NCBI GenBank assembly: GCA_029268695.1
Contig: JAQWNJ010000014.1
Location: forward strand, 64,751-128,750
Direction: 5' to 3'
DNA length: 64,000 nt
Source of the DNA: Bacteroidia bacterium
GTDB taxonomy: Bacteria; Bacteroidota; Bacteroidia; NS11-12g; UBA9320
The notes beneath the pieces are model-generated. The model was not told the origin of the DNA, made no database searches, and saw nothing but the letters and a program-made list of their open reading frames with translations. Both the position numbers and the translations under genes were made by a program. Below, one piece after another: positions 31,081 through 42,468 of the stretch. Numbering within the stretch: the stretch's first letter is position 1; each line of letters starts with the position of its first letter.

Positions 31081-33933
31081 TTGAAAGTAGAAAACAATTC
31101 GAAGTATAAATTGGCATTTAGTATTCATCAACATCCTCAACTGGGAGTGATGATTAATCCATATATTATTGCTTATACATCATTAAACACCCTGTCTCTA
31201 ACTTACCAAAAAGTATTTTCAGGAAATGCTTCTTACTATGACAAATTATCCGAAGAAGAACTTAGGCAGATTGAATTGCTGGACCCTTTGATGATTGAAA
31301 ATATTATTCGTAAATTTTCTCCCAAACAAAAAATTCGTCCAAAAGAATACTTTCAAAAACATTTTGATAAATCTTTCTTTAAGAATAATATAAGGCCATA
31401 CATGGATGAGATAATATCCATTTTTTTTAAAAATATCGATTCTTCAAATAATCAGATTTATCTCGCTGATGATATAAACCCTGCAGCTCACCCCATAGAA
31501 ATTAAGGCCGATTTTACCAAAGTTCTTTTCCATTTTCGTAAAAATGAAAATGGCACTTCATACTTCGTGACGCTCAAACATGGGGACGATAGAATTTTAT
31601 TTATGAAGCAAAATGGACTTCTTCTATCTTCAAAACCTGCAAGAATATTAGTTCACAATACCATTTATAAATTTTATGACTTTGTAGATGGAAATAAAAT
31701 TGGAATTTTCCTTCACAAAAAATACATTCATGTTAAACCAGAAAATCAACAATCATATTACAAAAAATTTGTTCGCCCATTACTTGAGACTTCCCCTGTC
31801 CAAGCTCAAGGGTTCACTATAAATACAAAAAAAGAATCTGCATTACCACAATTATCTATAACCCAAAAAGACAATTTCTTTGGTTTTAACTTAAATATTA
31901 TTTACGACAAAAATGTGTTTCCCTATCATCCTGATAAGTTTTTTCATGTTAAAATGGATTGGAAAGATAATCAACCCTTATTTACCAAATATAAACGGTC
32001 TGTTATATGGGAATCAAATAAATCAAATCTTTTAACAGAAAAAGGACTAACTCATCAAGAAGGATCCTTTTTCACTGGTAACTTTAATTCACTTAACCAT
32101 TGCCTTACTTGGCTTCAACTTAATTATGATTTTTTAAAGCAAAATTATTTTGAGATTGAAAATGATTTAAACATTCAACTTGTCGTAGAAAAACCCATCT
32201 TGGAATATTCCATTAAAGACAAAATTGATTGGTTTGATCTAAAAATGGTGGTTAGAATCGGTGATTCTAAAATTCCCTTCAGTAAAATAGTTTCTGAAAT
32301 GAAAAAAGGGCAAAGTCAAATGACATTAGCCAGCGGAGAGATTTTTCTTTTCCCTGAGGAATGGTTTGCACTTGGAGAATCTTTGTTCAATACTAAACAA
32401 AAAAGCAATCAATATTCAATCCAAAAGTACGAGCTGAATATTCTAAGTCATATTCAATCTGAGAAGATAAAACAACATTTAAACAAGTTAGTAGATATAA
32501 AAAGTGAAAAACCTCATTCACTATTTAAAGGCAAACTTAGACCCTATCAAAAAGATGGATTAAGTTGGTTGATGTTTTTAAAAAACAACCATTTTGGGGG
32601 AATTTTAGCTGATGATATGGGACTAGGGAAAACAATCCAAGCACTTGCATTTATTCAAAAAGTGAATCATGCACTTCCAAAAGAAAAAACAACACCTTCT
32701 TTTTTAATAGTTGCACCCACATCACTGCTTTATAACTGGGTTAATGAATGTTCAAAATTCACTTCCGAACTTCGTATAAAAATTCATTCTGGCAGTAAAC
32801 GATATAAAGAAATTAATCAGTTTGAAAATATAGACTTGATTATTACTAGTTACGGACTTATTAGAAACGATAACCATCTTTTTCAAGATGCTCAATTTGA
32901 GATCATTCTTTTAGATGAAAGTCAAAACATTAAAAACTACTCTGCAAAAACTACTCAATATATCAATAAATTGAATGCTAACTGTCGAATTGCACTGTCC
33001 GGGACACCCATAGAAAATACAATTAAAGATCTTTGGAGTCAAATGAATTTTTTAAACAAAGGGTTACTAGGGTCTTTGAATCAATTTAATGAAAAATATG
33101 CCAAACCTATTGAAAAACAAAACGATGAAAAGAAAGTTGAAGAATTAAAGAAAATCATTCAACCTTTTTTACTCAGAAGGACAAAAGAAGAAGTTGCAAA
33201 AGACTTGCCTGACATTCAAGAAAAAATCATCTATTGTGGAATGTCTGAGGAACAAGAAAAGTATTACGAAAAAGTAAAATCGGAATATCGGAATAATCTT
33301 TTAAATAGAGAAGATCAAAAAGAATTCAAAGCATCTAAGCTATCGATATTACAAGGGCTTTCAAAGCTAAGGCAAATTTCAAACCACCCCATTTTAATGG
33401 ATGACAGCTATATTTACGATAGTGGGAAACATGAACTCTTACTTGAAAAAATTCATACAGGAATATCGGACGGACACAAAATATTAGTTTTCTCTCAATT
33501 CGTTACCTATTTAGAATTGCTTGAAAAAGCAATTCTAAAATCTGAACTTTCCTATTTTAAACTTACAGGAGCTACATCTAAAGAAAAAAGGCAATCCTTT
33601 GTTCATGAATTTCAGACACAAGCAAGTCCATGCGTCTTCTTGATTTCTTTAAAAGCTGGTGGAGTAGGTCTTAACCTAACTGCGGCTGACTATGTATTCA
33701 TAGCTGATCCATGGTGGAATCCTGCTGCCGAAGCTCAAGCCAGGGATAGGAGTCACCGAATAGGACAAACTAAACCTGTTTTTAGTTATAAATTCATCTC
33801 AAAGGGTACCATAGAAGAAAAAATAACCCAACTACAAAACCAAAAGAAAAAAATATCTAAAGATCTAATTCACTCTGAAAGCAGCATACTCAAGAATATC
33901 AACCTTAAAGACCTTCAACTTTTATTAGAATAA
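31081..33933 (+). CDS. SNF2-family (DEAD/DEAH-like) helicase/ATPase
   Basis: LRPYQKDG, LADDMGLGKT, LDESQNIKN, LSGTPIEN, LVFSQF, LKAGGVGLNLT, DPWWNP, HRIGQ. Start uncertain (31051 or 31081). Confidence 0.93.
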   Translation: MKVENNSKYKLAFSIHQHPQLGVMINPYIIAYTSLNTLSLTYQKVFSGNASYYDKLSEEELRQIELLDPLMIENIIRKFSPKQKIRPKEYFQKHFDKSFFKNNIRPYMDEIISIFFKNIDSSNNQIYLADDINPAAHPIEIKADFTKVLFHFRKNENGTSYFVTLKHGDDRILFMKQNGLLLSSKPARILVHNTIYKFYDFVDGNKIGIFLHKKYIHVKPENQQSYYKKFVRPLLETSPVQAQGFTINTKKESALPQLSITQKDNFFGFNLNIIYDKNVFPYHPDKFFHVKMDWKDNQPLFTKYKRSVIWESNKSNLLTEKGLTHQEGSFFTGNFNSLNHCLTWLQLNYDFLKQNYFEIENDLNIQLVVEKPILEYSIKDKIDWFDLKMVVRIGDSKIPFSKIVSEMKKGQSQMTLASGEIFLFPEEWFALGESLFNTKQKSNQYSIQKYELNILSHIQSEKIKQHLNKLVDIKSEKPHSLFKGKLRPYQKDGLSWLMFLKNNHFGGILADDMGLGKTIQALAFIQKVNHALPKEKTTPSFLIVAPTSLLYNWVNECSKFTSELRIKIHSGSKRYKEINQFENIDLIITSYGLIRNDNHLFQDAQFEIILLDESQNIKNYSAKTTQYINKLNANCRIALSGTPIENTIKDLWSQMNFLNKGLLGSLNQFNEKYAKPIEKQNDEKKVEELKKIIQPFLLRRTKEEVAKDLPDIQEKIIYCGMSEEQEKYYEKVKSEYRNNLLNREDQKEFKASKLSILQGLSKLRQISNHPILMDDSYIYDSGKHELLLEKIHTGISDGHKILVFSQFVTYLELLEKAILKSELSYFKLTGATSKEKRQSFVHEFQTQASPCVFLISLKAGGVGLNLTAADYVFIADPWWNPAAEAQARDRSHRIGQTKPVFSYKFISKGTIEEKITQLQNQKKKISKDLIHSESSILKNINLKDLQLLLE

Positions 33934-33974
33934 TACGGATATATCTAGTAAATTTGCTTTCAAATTTTAAGCCC

Positions 33975-34727
33975 ATGAAAAAAATATTTACATTATTACT
34001 GATCGCTCTAACTAGTCTTTCATTTGCTCAAGTAGATTGGGCTATTAAGTCCATTATAGAGCCAACTGAACTTGAGTCTAATACTTCCTCAGGAACACCA
34101 ATTCCTGTTAATTTGGAATGCGAGAATCGAGGCACATCGACCATTTTTACTGGAGATACTGTGATATACAATTTATTGATGATTGACTTAAAACTTAGTC
34201 AAGTTATTGCTCAAATCCCAAACGGCTTCTACTATCAGGTTATCACAGAAGATATACCAGTTGGTGGGACTTTTAATATTATAAATGAAAATATATCACT
34301 TGGCTCATATCCATTTGAATCAAGAGATGTAAGATTAGGTGCAACTTCATACATTATGGATAGAACATCTCCTTACCTTGATTCTGATTCAAGTAATAAC
34401 TCTACATTCGTTGACATAACTTGGTGGAACCCACAACGATGGAATGTATCTGTAGAAGATGTAAAATATAATTCTGATAACATTGCCGTATATCCCAATC
34501 CAGCAAATGATCAGTTGAACGTTCGCTTACTGTTTGCAGAAAGTAATGCAGTTAACATCGAATTATTTGACCTTACTGGTAAAGTAGTAGCATCGCCAAA
34601 TAGGAATCAGGCTATTTCTCCTAATCAATATACCATTGATGTGGCAGACTTGAGTAAAGGAGTTTACATCCTTAAAGTTACTAACGGGACAAAAGTGAGT
34701 ACGTCCAAAGTGACTATTTCTCATTAA
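33975..34727 (+). CDS. T9SS type A sorting-domain secreted protein
   Basis: Signal peptide MKKIFTLL..FAQ; CTD VYPNPA..LFDLTGK..GVYILKV..KVTI; TAAATTTG at 33949-33956. Confidence 0.88.
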   Translation: MKKIFTLLLIALTSLSFAQVDWAIKSIIEPTELESNTSSGTPIPVNLECENRGTSTIFTGDTVIYNLLMIDLKLSQVIAQIPNGFYYQVITEDIPVGGTFNIINENISLGSYPFESRDVRLGATSYIMDRTSPYLDSDSSNNSTFVDITWWNPQRWNVSVEDVKYNSDNIAVYPNPANDQLNVRLLFAESNAVNIELFDLTGKVVASPNRNQAISPNQYTIDVADLSKGVYILKVTNGTKVSTSKVTISH

Positions 34728-34749
34728 TATTAATAAACAATATGATCTC

Positions 34750-34778
34750 AAACCGCTCAAAACATGGGCGGTTTTTTT
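34750..34778 (+). terminator. Intrinsic terminator
   Basis: AAACCGCTCA-aaaca-TGGGCGGTTT hairpin ending in a T run. Confidence 0.8.
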
Positions 34779-34821
34779 GTGAGTTTACTTTAAGTTTGCC
34801 TAAACACCTATAATCAATACT

Positions 34822-35580
34822 ATGGCAGGACACAGTAAATGGGCGAACATAAAACATCGAAAAGCCGCACAAGATAAAAAACGAGCAAAAGTATGGACAC
34901 GAATTATCAAGGAAATTACCATAGCCGCTAGAGATGGTGGCCCAGACTTGGATAGTAATCCAAGTTTGAGGCTTGCAGTTCAAAATGGTAAGGGTGCTAA
35001 CTTGCCAAAAGACACGATTGAACGTGCTATAAAGAAAGGTTCTGGAGCTGAAGCTGCTAATTTACAATCCTATACCTATGAAGGTTATGGACCACATGGT
35101 ATTGCCATTTACCTGCATGCAACATCCGATAATATCAATAGGACTGTAGCAAATGTTCGATCGATATTTACTAAAAATAATGGTTCCTTAGGAACTAATG
35201 GATCTTTAAGTTACGTTTTTGAGACTAATGGTGTTTTTACAATCTCTGCTGAATCCATTGCCGAATGGAATAATGATGATTTGGAATTAGAACTAATTGA
35301 TGGCGGGGCAAACGAGGTAATCTTTGATGATGGAGGGTTAACTGCTTATACTTCATTTGATGATTATGGTGGTATGCAATCCAAATTACAACAGCTAAAC
35401 ATAACAGCTAAATCCACAGAAATACACCAAATACCTGTAACAACAAAAACATTAGAACTTTCTGAAGCGGAGGAGGTTTTAAAAATTATAGATAAGTTTG
35501 AAGAGGATGACGACATCCAAACTGTATTCCACAACCTAGAACTAACCGAAGAACTAATCGCTCAAATTGAAGATAACTAG
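34822..35580 (+). CDS. YebC/PmpR family protein
   Basis: [48 protein letters not shown] at 34791-34798. Confidence 0.95.
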   Translation: MAGHSKWANIKHRKAAQDKKRAKVWTRIIKEITIAARDGGPDLDSNPSLRLAVQNGKGANLPKDTIERAIKKGSGAEAANLQSYTYEGYGPHGIAIYLHATSDNINRTVANVRSIFTKNNGSLGTNGSLSYVFETNGVFTISAESIAEWNNDDLELELIDGGANEVIFDDGGLTAYTSFDDYGGMQSKLQQLNITAKSTEIHQIPVTTKTLELSEAEEVLKIIDKFEEDDDIQTVFHNLELTEELIAQIEDN

Positions 35581-35581
35581 C

Positions 35582-37120
35582 ATGAATAAAAGAGAAACCC
35601 TAGACCAAAAACTGACTTCATCCAAAATGGGTGGTGGACAAAAAAGAATTGACGCTCAACATGCCAAAAATAAACTCACAGCACGAGAACGATTGGATTT
35701 ATTGCTTGACAAAAACTCATTCGAGGAAATTGGTGCATTAATAAAACACCGAAGTACTGATTTTGGAATGGAAAAAATGCACTATCCTGGAGATGGGGTG
35801 GTAACAGGGTATGGAACAATTAATGGACGATTAGTTTATGTGTTCTCTCAAGACTTTACCGTTTTTGGGGGATCACTATCTGAAACTCATGCAGAGAAAA
35901 TTTGTAAAATCATGGATATGGCTATGAAGAATGGAGCTCCGGTTATTGGATTAAACGATAGTGGGGGAGCTCGAATCCAGGAGGGTGTAGTTTCTCTTGG
36001 AGGATATGCTGACATATTTTATCGTAATACGCGTGCGAGTGGTGTAATACCGCAATTGAGTCTTGTAATGGGTCCATGTGCTGGTGGAGCTGTCTACTCC
36101 CCAGCAATTACGGATTTCATTCTCATGGTAGAGGGTACTAGCTATATGTTTGTAACAGGACCCAATGTTGTAAAAACGGTTACCAATGAAGAAGTCACAT
36201 CTGAGGATTTGGGTGGAGCATCAGTTCATTCCGAAAAAAGTGGAGTAGCACACCTCACTGCTAGCAATGATTTGCAAGCAATTGAAGACATTAAAAAACT
36301 ATTATCCTACATCCCACAAAATTGCGAGGATTCGGCCCCTGAATTACCCTACGAAATTGAGGATGAGATTAGGAATAATCTCATCAATATTGTACCTGAA
36401 AACCCAAACCAACCTTATGATATTAAAGAGGTTATTCATGGGATAATTGATCAAGAATCATTCTTCGAAATTCACAAGGATTTCGCTCCTAATATTGTTG
36501 TTGGATTTGCTAGATTAGCAGGTAAGAGCATTGGTATTGTTGCAAATCAACCTGCATATTTAGCTGGTGTTTTAGATGTTCAATCATCACAAAAAGCAGC
36601 CCGTTTTGTTCGTTTTTGTGATTGTTTTAATATCCCACTATTGGTCTTAGAAGATGTCCCAGGATTTTTACCTGGAACAGATCAAGAATGGAATGCAATT
36701 ATTACAAATGGTGCTAAACTATTATATGCATTTAGTGAGGCTACCGTCCCAAGAATTACTGTGATTACCCGAAAAGCCTATGGTGGAGCATACGATGTTA
36801 TGAATAGTAAACATATCGGAGCAGATATGAATTTTGCGTGGCCAAGTGCAGAAATTGCTGTAATGGGGGCCAAAGGTGCAGCAGAAATTATTTTTAGGAA
36901 TGAAATAAAATCTGCTAAAGATCCTGAAGTTGCACTAGCAAACAAAGAAAAGGAATATGCCGATATATTTGCTAATCCTTACCGAGCTGCTGAACGAGGA
37001 TTTGTTGATGAAGTTATTTATCCTGAACAAACCCGATTAAAGCTTATTAAATCGTTTGCAATGCTTGAAAACAAAGTGGATTCAATACCACATAAAAAAC
37101 ACGGGAACATCCCACTTTAA
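35582..37120 (+). CDS. pccB: Acyl-CoA (propionyl-CoA) carboxylase beta subunit
   Basis: [62 protein letters not shown]. Confidence 0.93.
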   Translation: MNKRETLDQKLTSSKMGGGQKRIDAQHAKNKLTARERLDLLLDKNSFEEIGALIKHRSTDFGMEKMHYPGDGVVTGYGTINGRLVYVFSQDFTVFGGSLSETHAEKICKIMDMAMKNGAPVIGLNDSGGARIQEGVVSLGGYADIFYRNTRASGVIPQLSLVMGPCAGGAVYSPAITDFILMVEGTSYMFVTGPNVVKTVTNEEVTSEDLGGASVHSEKSGVAHLTASNDLQAIEDIKKLLSYIPQNCEDSAPELPYEIEDEIRNNLINIVPENPNQPYDIKEVIHGIIDQESFFEIHKDFAPNIVVGFARLAGKSIGIVANQPAYLAGVLDVQSSQKAARFVRFCDCFNIPLLVLEDVPGFLPGTDQEWNAIITNGAKLLYAFSEATVPRITVITRKAYGGAYDVMNSKHIGADMNFAWPSAEIAVMGAKGAAEIIFRNEIKSAKDPEVALANKEKEYADIFANPYRAAERGFVDEVIYPEQTRLKLIKSFAMLENKVDSIPHKKHGNIPL

Positions 37121-37161
37121 AACTAACACGTATCTCTTAACGTTAATAGTAAGATGTAACC

Positions 37162-37545
37162 ATGCTAATTTTTAAACCATATATCATTCAATTAAATGCA
37201 GTGTTCATACTTACCTGTATCTTAATAATTGGTTGCAAATACGATAATGAGGAGAATTTGTATCCCAGTAATAGTTGTATAATTAGCGATATGTCATTCA
37301 GCAACGATATTTATCCTATACTTCAAAATTATAATTGTATTAGTTGTCACAATACTATAAACCCTCAAGGAGGCGTTAATTTAGAGAATTATGCTCAAAC
37401 AAAAATTTGGGTTGATAATTCTAGACTTGCCAAGAGTATTAATCATAATGGAGCTTCACCCATGCCAAAAAATCAAGAAAAGATGGATTCATGCGATATA
37501 AGAAAAATTGAATCTTGGATATCGGATGGAGCCCAAAATAATTAA
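37162..37545 (+). CDS. Small mono-heme c-type cytochrome lipoprotein
   Basis: Lipobox IIGC; SFSNDIYPIL..NCISCH; MP motif; WISDGA. Confidence 0.78.
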   Translation: MLIFKPYIIQLNAVFILTCILIIGCKYDNEENLYPSNSCIISDMSFSNDIYPILQNYNCISCHNTINPQGGVNLENYAQTKIWVDNSRLAKSINHNGASPMPKNQEKMDSCDIRKIESWISDGAQNN

Positions 37546-37552
37546 CACAAAC

Positions 37553-37999
37553 ATGAAAAAAATAGCTCTTCTTTCTACAAGCTTTGTTCTTCTAGGTATT
37601 CTCCTATTTGTATATCGGATGTTTAATAAACCACACACCAACGTCAAAGAAAATAAAGCATATGAACACCTTAGTGCTGAGCAGCTATTTTATTTTTTTA
37701 ATCGAAATGAAGACTCTGCTATGGTTGTATTTTCAGATCAAATCATTCAAGTTACAGGCACCCTTTTAACCAAAGATTTATCCAATGAATTAGAGCCACA
37801 AATCACACTAAAAACAAATATTAATAACGGTTTTATTCGATGTGGTTTTAAACCAAATGAACTTAAAAATATAGCTAAATTAAAAGATTCATCAACTGTA
37901 AAGATTAAAGGAATTTGCAAGGGGATGAATGGTGATGACGAACTCACACTACTAGAAGATAAAGATATCATATTATCATCTAGCATCATTATTGAATAA
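37553..37999 (+). CDS. Membrane-anchored OB-fold protein (tRNA_anti-like)
   Basis: N-terminal TM then MFNKPH; LSAEQLF..F, IIQVTG, IRC, VKIKGICKG. Confidence 0.65.
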   Translation: MKKIALLSTSFVLLGILLFVYRMFNKPHTNVKENKAYEHLSAEQLFYFFNRNEDSAMVVFSDQIIQVTGTLLTKDLSNELEPQITLKTNINNGFIRCGFKPNELKNIAKLKDSSTVKIKGICKGMNGDDELTLLEDKDIILSSSIIIE

Positions 38000-38008
38000 T
38001 AAATTACC

Positions 38009-38566
38009 ATGAAAAAAATAACGCTCATACTAATAACAGCTTTAAGTTTATTTGCCTTTTCTAATCACAGTGGGGGTATATACAAAACCAATACCGGAAA
38101 CATCAGTTTTTACAGTCACACTCCAGTTGAAGATATATCGGCAGAAAACCACAAAGTAAAAACAGCTTTTTCAACCGAATCTGGCCAGCTACAATTTAGC
38201 TGTTTAATCAAAGATTTTGAATTTAAGAAGGCATTGATGCAGGAACATTTTAATGAAAATTATATGGAAAGTACGACGTATCCAAAGGCCACTTTTAATG
38301 GCAAAATAGAGTCTATATCATCCATAGACTTTAGCAAAGATGGAACATATAATTCAAAGGTAAATGGCAAGCTCACCATAAAAAATAAAACCCAAGATGT
38401 AGCTACTACTGGCACATTTGTCGTAGCCAATGGTATTGTCAATGCAAAAGCAACATTTAATTTAAATCCCTATGACTATAATGTCAAAATACCCAAAATG
38501 GTAGCCCCAAAAATATCTGAAAATATTAAAATTACCATTAATTCGGACTACACACATAATCATTAA
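38009..38566 (+). CDS. YceI-family periplasmic protein
   Basis: Signal peptide; ISFYSHTPVEDISAEN, FEFKKALMQEHFNENYMES..YPKATF, GKLTI. Confidence 0.88.
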   Translation: MKKITLILITALSLFAFSNHSGGIYKTNTGNISFYSHTPVEDISAENHKVKTAFSTESGQLQFSCLIKDFEFKKALMQEHFNENYMESTTYPKATFNGKIESISSIDFSKDGTYNSKVNGKLTIKNKTQDVATTGTFVVANGIVNAKATFNLNPYDYNVKIPKMVAPKISENIKITINSDYTHNH

Positions 38567-38578
38567 ATTTTCTAAAAC

Positions 38579-39466
38579 TTGAGAACCAATAAATACATAT
38601 CTCTCAGTAAAATTTTAATGATTATTATCATTAATGTTATTTATGGCTCTGCGTTTTCTCAAGAATTGAATTTGATAGACGATAACGAACCTGAGGGAAG
38701 AACGTATACCATAGCAACATTCAAAACTAATCGAATAGTTAATGGGCATAGTATTGAAACGGTGGCTAAAAATGAGCTCGACTTCAAAATATCCCATCGA
38801 TTTGGACTGCTTCACAATGGATTCTATGATTTATTCGGATTAGATCAAGCCTCTATGAGAATGGGAGGAGACTTTGGAATCACGGATAACCTAAATGTTG
38901 GCTTAGGAAGAAGTACGGTCGATAAAACATATGATGGCTTTGTTAAATACAAGTTTCTCAAACAAAGTATTGGATCAAAATCTTGCCCTGTAACAGGTGT
39001 TGTTATGAGCCATATAGGAATCAATACTCTGAAATGGACGCACCCTGAACGAAATAATTTATTTTCTAGTAGATTACACTTCACCCATCAATTATTATTG
39101 GCTCGTAAATTCTCCAAAAACTTTAGTGCTCAAATAACTCCAACGCTAACCCATCTGAACATTGTAGAAAATACTGCCTTTTCTAATGATGTAATTTCTA
39201 TTGGCGTAGGAGCCAGGCAAAAACTATTTACACGTGTTTCTGTTAATTTAGAGTATTATTATGTTTTCCCTGACCAAATAAAACCAAATAGCACTAATTC
39301 GCTATCAATGGGTTTTGACATCGAAACTGGAGGCCATGTTTTTCAGCTTTTTTTTACAAACTCATATGCCCCTTTTGAAAAAGGATTCATAACTGACACC
39401 AAAGGTAAATGGATCGACGGAGACGTTCGATTTGGTTTTAACATTGCAAGAATATTTGATTTTTAG
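38579..39466 (+). CDS. DUF5777-family outer-membrane beta-barrel
   Basis: ATFKTNRIVNGHS, FKISHRFG, LFGLD, DIETGGHVFQLFFTNS, terminal FGFNIARIF. Confidence 0.8.
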   Translation: MRTNKYISLSKILMIIIINVIYGSAFSQELNLIDDNEPEGRTYTIATFKTNRIVNGHSIETVAKNELDFKISHRFGLLHNGFYDLFGLDQASMRMGGDFGITDNLNVGLGRSTVDKTYDGFVKYKFLKQSIGSKSCPVTGVVMSHIGINTLKWTHPERNNLFSSRLHFTHQLLLARKFSKNFSAQITPTLTHLNIVENTAFSNDVISIGVGARQKLFTRVSVNLEYYYVFPDQIKPNSTNSLSMGFDIETGGHVFQLFFTNSYAPFEKGFITDTKGKWIDGDVRFGFNIARIFDF

Positions 39467-39488
39467 TATATTTGATAAGACATTTTAA

Positions 39489-42044
39489 ATGAAAACATCA
39501 TCATATACGTACCAATTTTTTATTTCTAAAGTTCGTGCTCTAGCTGTTATATTGACGCTATTGGTTTGTACTTTTTCCTCTAATGCCTCCCATGTAGTCG
39601 GTGGAGAATTGTATTATAATCGAGTGCTGAATCAATTTGGTAATGTTCGGTATGAAATAGTCTTCAAAATTTATTTTGACTGTCAGAATGCTAATCCTGG
39701 AACAATTGATCGAGATGGAAATCTTGCATACATTGGTGTGTTCGATGCTGTTACCAATGCACGCAAACAGACCATATCACTAAATAATGGTGTTAGAAAA
39801 GTCGTCAATTCGGTAAACTATGAATGCGTTAAAGAACCTTCTGGTGTTTGTGTAGTTCAATATACCTACAAAAAAACAGTATTCCTCAATCCTGGCACAA
39901 ATGGGCTTATTCTTTCTCATCAACTTTGTTGCAGAAATGCAATTACAGATAATGTAAACGATGCCGGAAACACAGGGTCAACCTATTGGAGTTATATCCC
40001 TCCTTCAAGCACTAACAATTCAAGTCCAAGATTCAAAAATATACCTCCAACATATGTATGTATCAACGCTCCTCTGACATTAGACTATAGTGCTCAAGAT
40101 CCAGATGGCGATTCTCTGGTTTATGAATTTTATACGCCTTTCTTGGGTGGATCAGCTACAGATCCAAAACCAGAAAATCCTAGCCCTCCTCCATATGCGT
40201 TATTAACATGGAATCCTTCTTTCTCTTCCAAAAATCAAGTTACAGGGAGCCCTTCTAGTTTCATTAATAGGCAAACAGGAGAATATACACTCACTCCCAC
40301 AGCTAAAGGAACTTATGCCGTTGGTGTTCGAGTACTTGAATATCGAAATGGGAGCCTTCTTGGCTCTACATTAAGCGATTACCAATTTACAGTCATTGAT
40401 TGTCAATTTGATGTAATTGCTAATTTCAACATACCAGGAGGGACAGCAGTTGGCGGTTCATATGCATTTGAATGTGGGGATACTGCTCGTTTCAACAACA
40501 TAAGTAACTGGAATAAAGTGAAAACACCCAAAGTAAAGTTCTTTTGGGATTTTGGAGATCCAACTACCAAGAATGATACACTAACAACATTCAACCTAAA
40601 TGATAAAGTTGAATATGTATATCCTGGAAATGGTGATTATACTATTAGTTTGAACATCATCTCTTCTATATGCAACGATACGTACAAATATGGTGTTCGG
40701 ATTCGATCCACTAAAGATGTGAACTTAGGGCCAGATCGTATATTCTGTAATGATTTCTCTATCCTACTTGACACAAAAGCACCAGATGCTATCTCCGTAG
40801 ATTGGAATACTGGAGCTACAGGAAGTAGAATAACAGTTAGCGATACTGGGACATATATACCAACGGTATCCTATGGAAAATGCGTTTATAAAGATACCGT
40901 TCAATTAACATATGATAAAGTTCCTACATTGAGATTGCCAAATGATACTTTGGAATGTGATACACTCATTGATGTAATTTTAGATGCTGGCATATCTGGC
41001 CTAAGCTATTCTTGGAATACAACCCCTCCTACATTATCCCAAAAGCTAAATGTTAATTCTGCCGGGGATTACATAGTCACCGCTATGAACCTAAATTGTA
41101 TAATTAAAGATACCATTCGGGTATGGCAAGCAACTCATCCCAAAGTGGAAAACGCATTTTATTGCAATGAATTTAACCATTTAGTTGACCTAAATGGTAT
41201 AGAAGAAGCTGAATATTTATGGGACAATGGAAGTTCTACTTCAGCTGTGACATACACAAGTCCTGGTAAACGCTGGATTCAATTAACTCAAAGACACTGC
41301 ATCAACTCCGACACGTTCATCATCGACAATTCTGGCGTTGATCTTGAATTGGGTGAAGACCAACACTTTTGTGATTTCATCGCTACTACATTAGACGCTG
41401 GTTCTGATGGTATAAAATATTCTTGGAATAATGGTGATACCACACAAACAATCAATGTGAGCACTCCAGGAAAGTATCGTGTTCTCGTTGAGAATAAAGA
41501 TGGGTGTACCAACTCAGACTCTGTTTTGGTAAGTGTGTCCAACTCCCCCACTTTCAATCTGGGTAGTGATACAACCATTTGTATCAACTCCCCTACAACC
41601 ATATCAGCCCCATCTGGATTTGTAAAATATTTATGGAATGATGAAAGTAGTGGGCAAAGCATTACAACCATTTTGGAAGGACTCTACAAAGTTACGGTTA
41701 CAGATAATTTAGGCTGTATAGGCTCAGATAGTCTATTTATTACAGTAGATGAAAATGCTCTACCCAATGAAATGTACTTCCCTAATGCATTTACCCCAAA
41801 TGGGGATAACTTAAATGAACTTTTCCCATATCAAATTGATGTCGCTCAGCCAGCATACTACATTATCATATACTCTAGGTGGGGAGAAAAAGTGTTCGAC
41901 TCAAGAACTTCATTAACAGATAATTGGGATGGAACATATCAAGGGAAAAAAGTTCCAAATGAAACCTTCTTTTACTATGTTAACTACAGAGGTTGTGATG
42001 GGAATACTCGAAATTCTAAAGGTACCGTCCAGCCCATTTATTGA
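39489..42044 (+). CDS. Secreted PKD/Ig-repeat protein with T9SS type B (gliding-motility-associated) CTD
   Basis: ASHVVGGELYY, CCRN, NSSPRF, DPDGDSL, WDFGD, repeated LG.D..C / Y.WN.G units, PNAFTPNGDNLN, YSRWGE, WDG; TATATTTG at 39467-39474. Confidence 0.88.
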   Translation: MKTSSYTYQFFISKVRALAVILTLLVCTFSSNASHVVGGELYYNRVLNQFGNVRYEIVFKIYFDCQNANPGTIDRDGNLAYIGVFDAVTNARKQTISLNNGVRKVVNSVNYECVKEPSGVCVVQYTYKKTVFLNPGTNGLILSHQLCCRNAITDNVNDAGNTGSTYWSYIPPSSTNNSSPRFKNIPPTYVCINAPLTLDYSAQDPDGDSLVYEFYTPFLGGSATDPKPENPSPPPYALLTWNPSFSSKNQVTGSPSSFINRQTGEYTLTPTAKGTYAVGVRVLEYRNGSLLGSTLSDYQFTVIDCQFDVIANFNIPGGTAVGGSYAFECGDTARFNNISNWNKVKTPKVKFFWDFGDPTTKNDTLTTFNLNDKVEYVYPGNGDYTISLNIISSICNDTYKYGVRIRSTKDVNLGPDRIFCNDFSILLDTKAPDAISVDWNTGATGSRITVSDTGTYIPTVSYGKCVYKDTVQLTYDKVPTLRLPNDTLECDTLIDVILDAGISGLSYSWNTTPPTLSQKLNVNSAGDYIVTAMNLNCIIKDTIRVWQATHPKVENAFYCNEFNHLVDLNGIEEAEYLWDNGSSTSAVTYTSPGKRWIQLTQRHCINSDTFIIDNSGVDLELGEDQHFCDFIATTLDAGSDGIKYSWNNGDTTQTINVSTPGKYRVLVENKDGCTNSDSVLVSVSNSPTFNLGSDTTICINSPTTISAPSGFVKYLWNDESSGQSITTILEGLYKVTVTDNLGCIGSDSLFITVDENALPNEMYFPNAFTPNGDNLNELFPYQIDVAQPAYYIIIYSRWGEKVFDSRTSLTDNWDGTYQGKKVPNETFFYYVNYRGCDGNTRNSKGTVQPIY

Positions 42045-42463
42045 AGTTTACAAAACGCTTCTTTATCCATTTCAAAAGTTAAAATATTCATAATAGTTGG
42101 GCTTAATTCGTGCCACTTAAAAAGATGCTGATTGAATTTTCCCACACGGGTATTTTGAATAATCTCGTAATTTTTAATCTTGTCCTCAGACTTAATAAGG
42201 TAATGAACTGCTAAGACTTGTTCATCTTCATTAAATGCACTTTGAATATATTTTTCTGAGACATTGATTAGCTTTGTTTGGCTTATCTTGACACCCAATT
42301 CTTCCATAAACTCACGTTTCAAACATTCTAGAGCTCCTTCTCCATACTCTAATCCTCCACCAGGGAATTTTGTCATTTCATATCCATCAATATTTTCGTG
42401 GCTTAGTAATATTTTATTACTTTTAATCCAAATACCATAAACGCGTATATTAAATTTGCTCAT
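42038..42463 (-). CDS. NUDIX hydrolase
   Basis: Nudix box FPGGGLEYGEGALECLKREFMEELG. Confidence 0.9.
   Translation of the reverse strand: MSKFNIRVYGIWIKSNKILLSHENIDGYEMTKFPGGGLEYGEGALECLKREFMEELGVKISQTKLINVSEKYIQSAFNEDEQVLAVHYLIKSEDKIKNYEIIQNTRVGKFNQHLFKWHELSPTIMNILTFEMDKEAFCKLQ
42451..42458 (+). promoter_or_regulatory. -7 promoter element for pyrC, inside the NUDIX coding region
   Basis: TAAATTTG, 10 nt before ATG 42469. Confidence 0.55.
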
Positions 42464-42468
42464 TCTTT

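Noticed and set aside
31081..33933. SNF2 helicase as part of an anti-phage defence system
   Set aside because: No neighbouring methylase, nuclease or other defence genes; context is housekeeping
40700..41760. Repeated units in the 851-aa gene as a DNA repeat array or CRISPR
   Set aside because: Degenerate protein-level Ig-like repeats within one ORF; no identical nucleotide repeats with spacers
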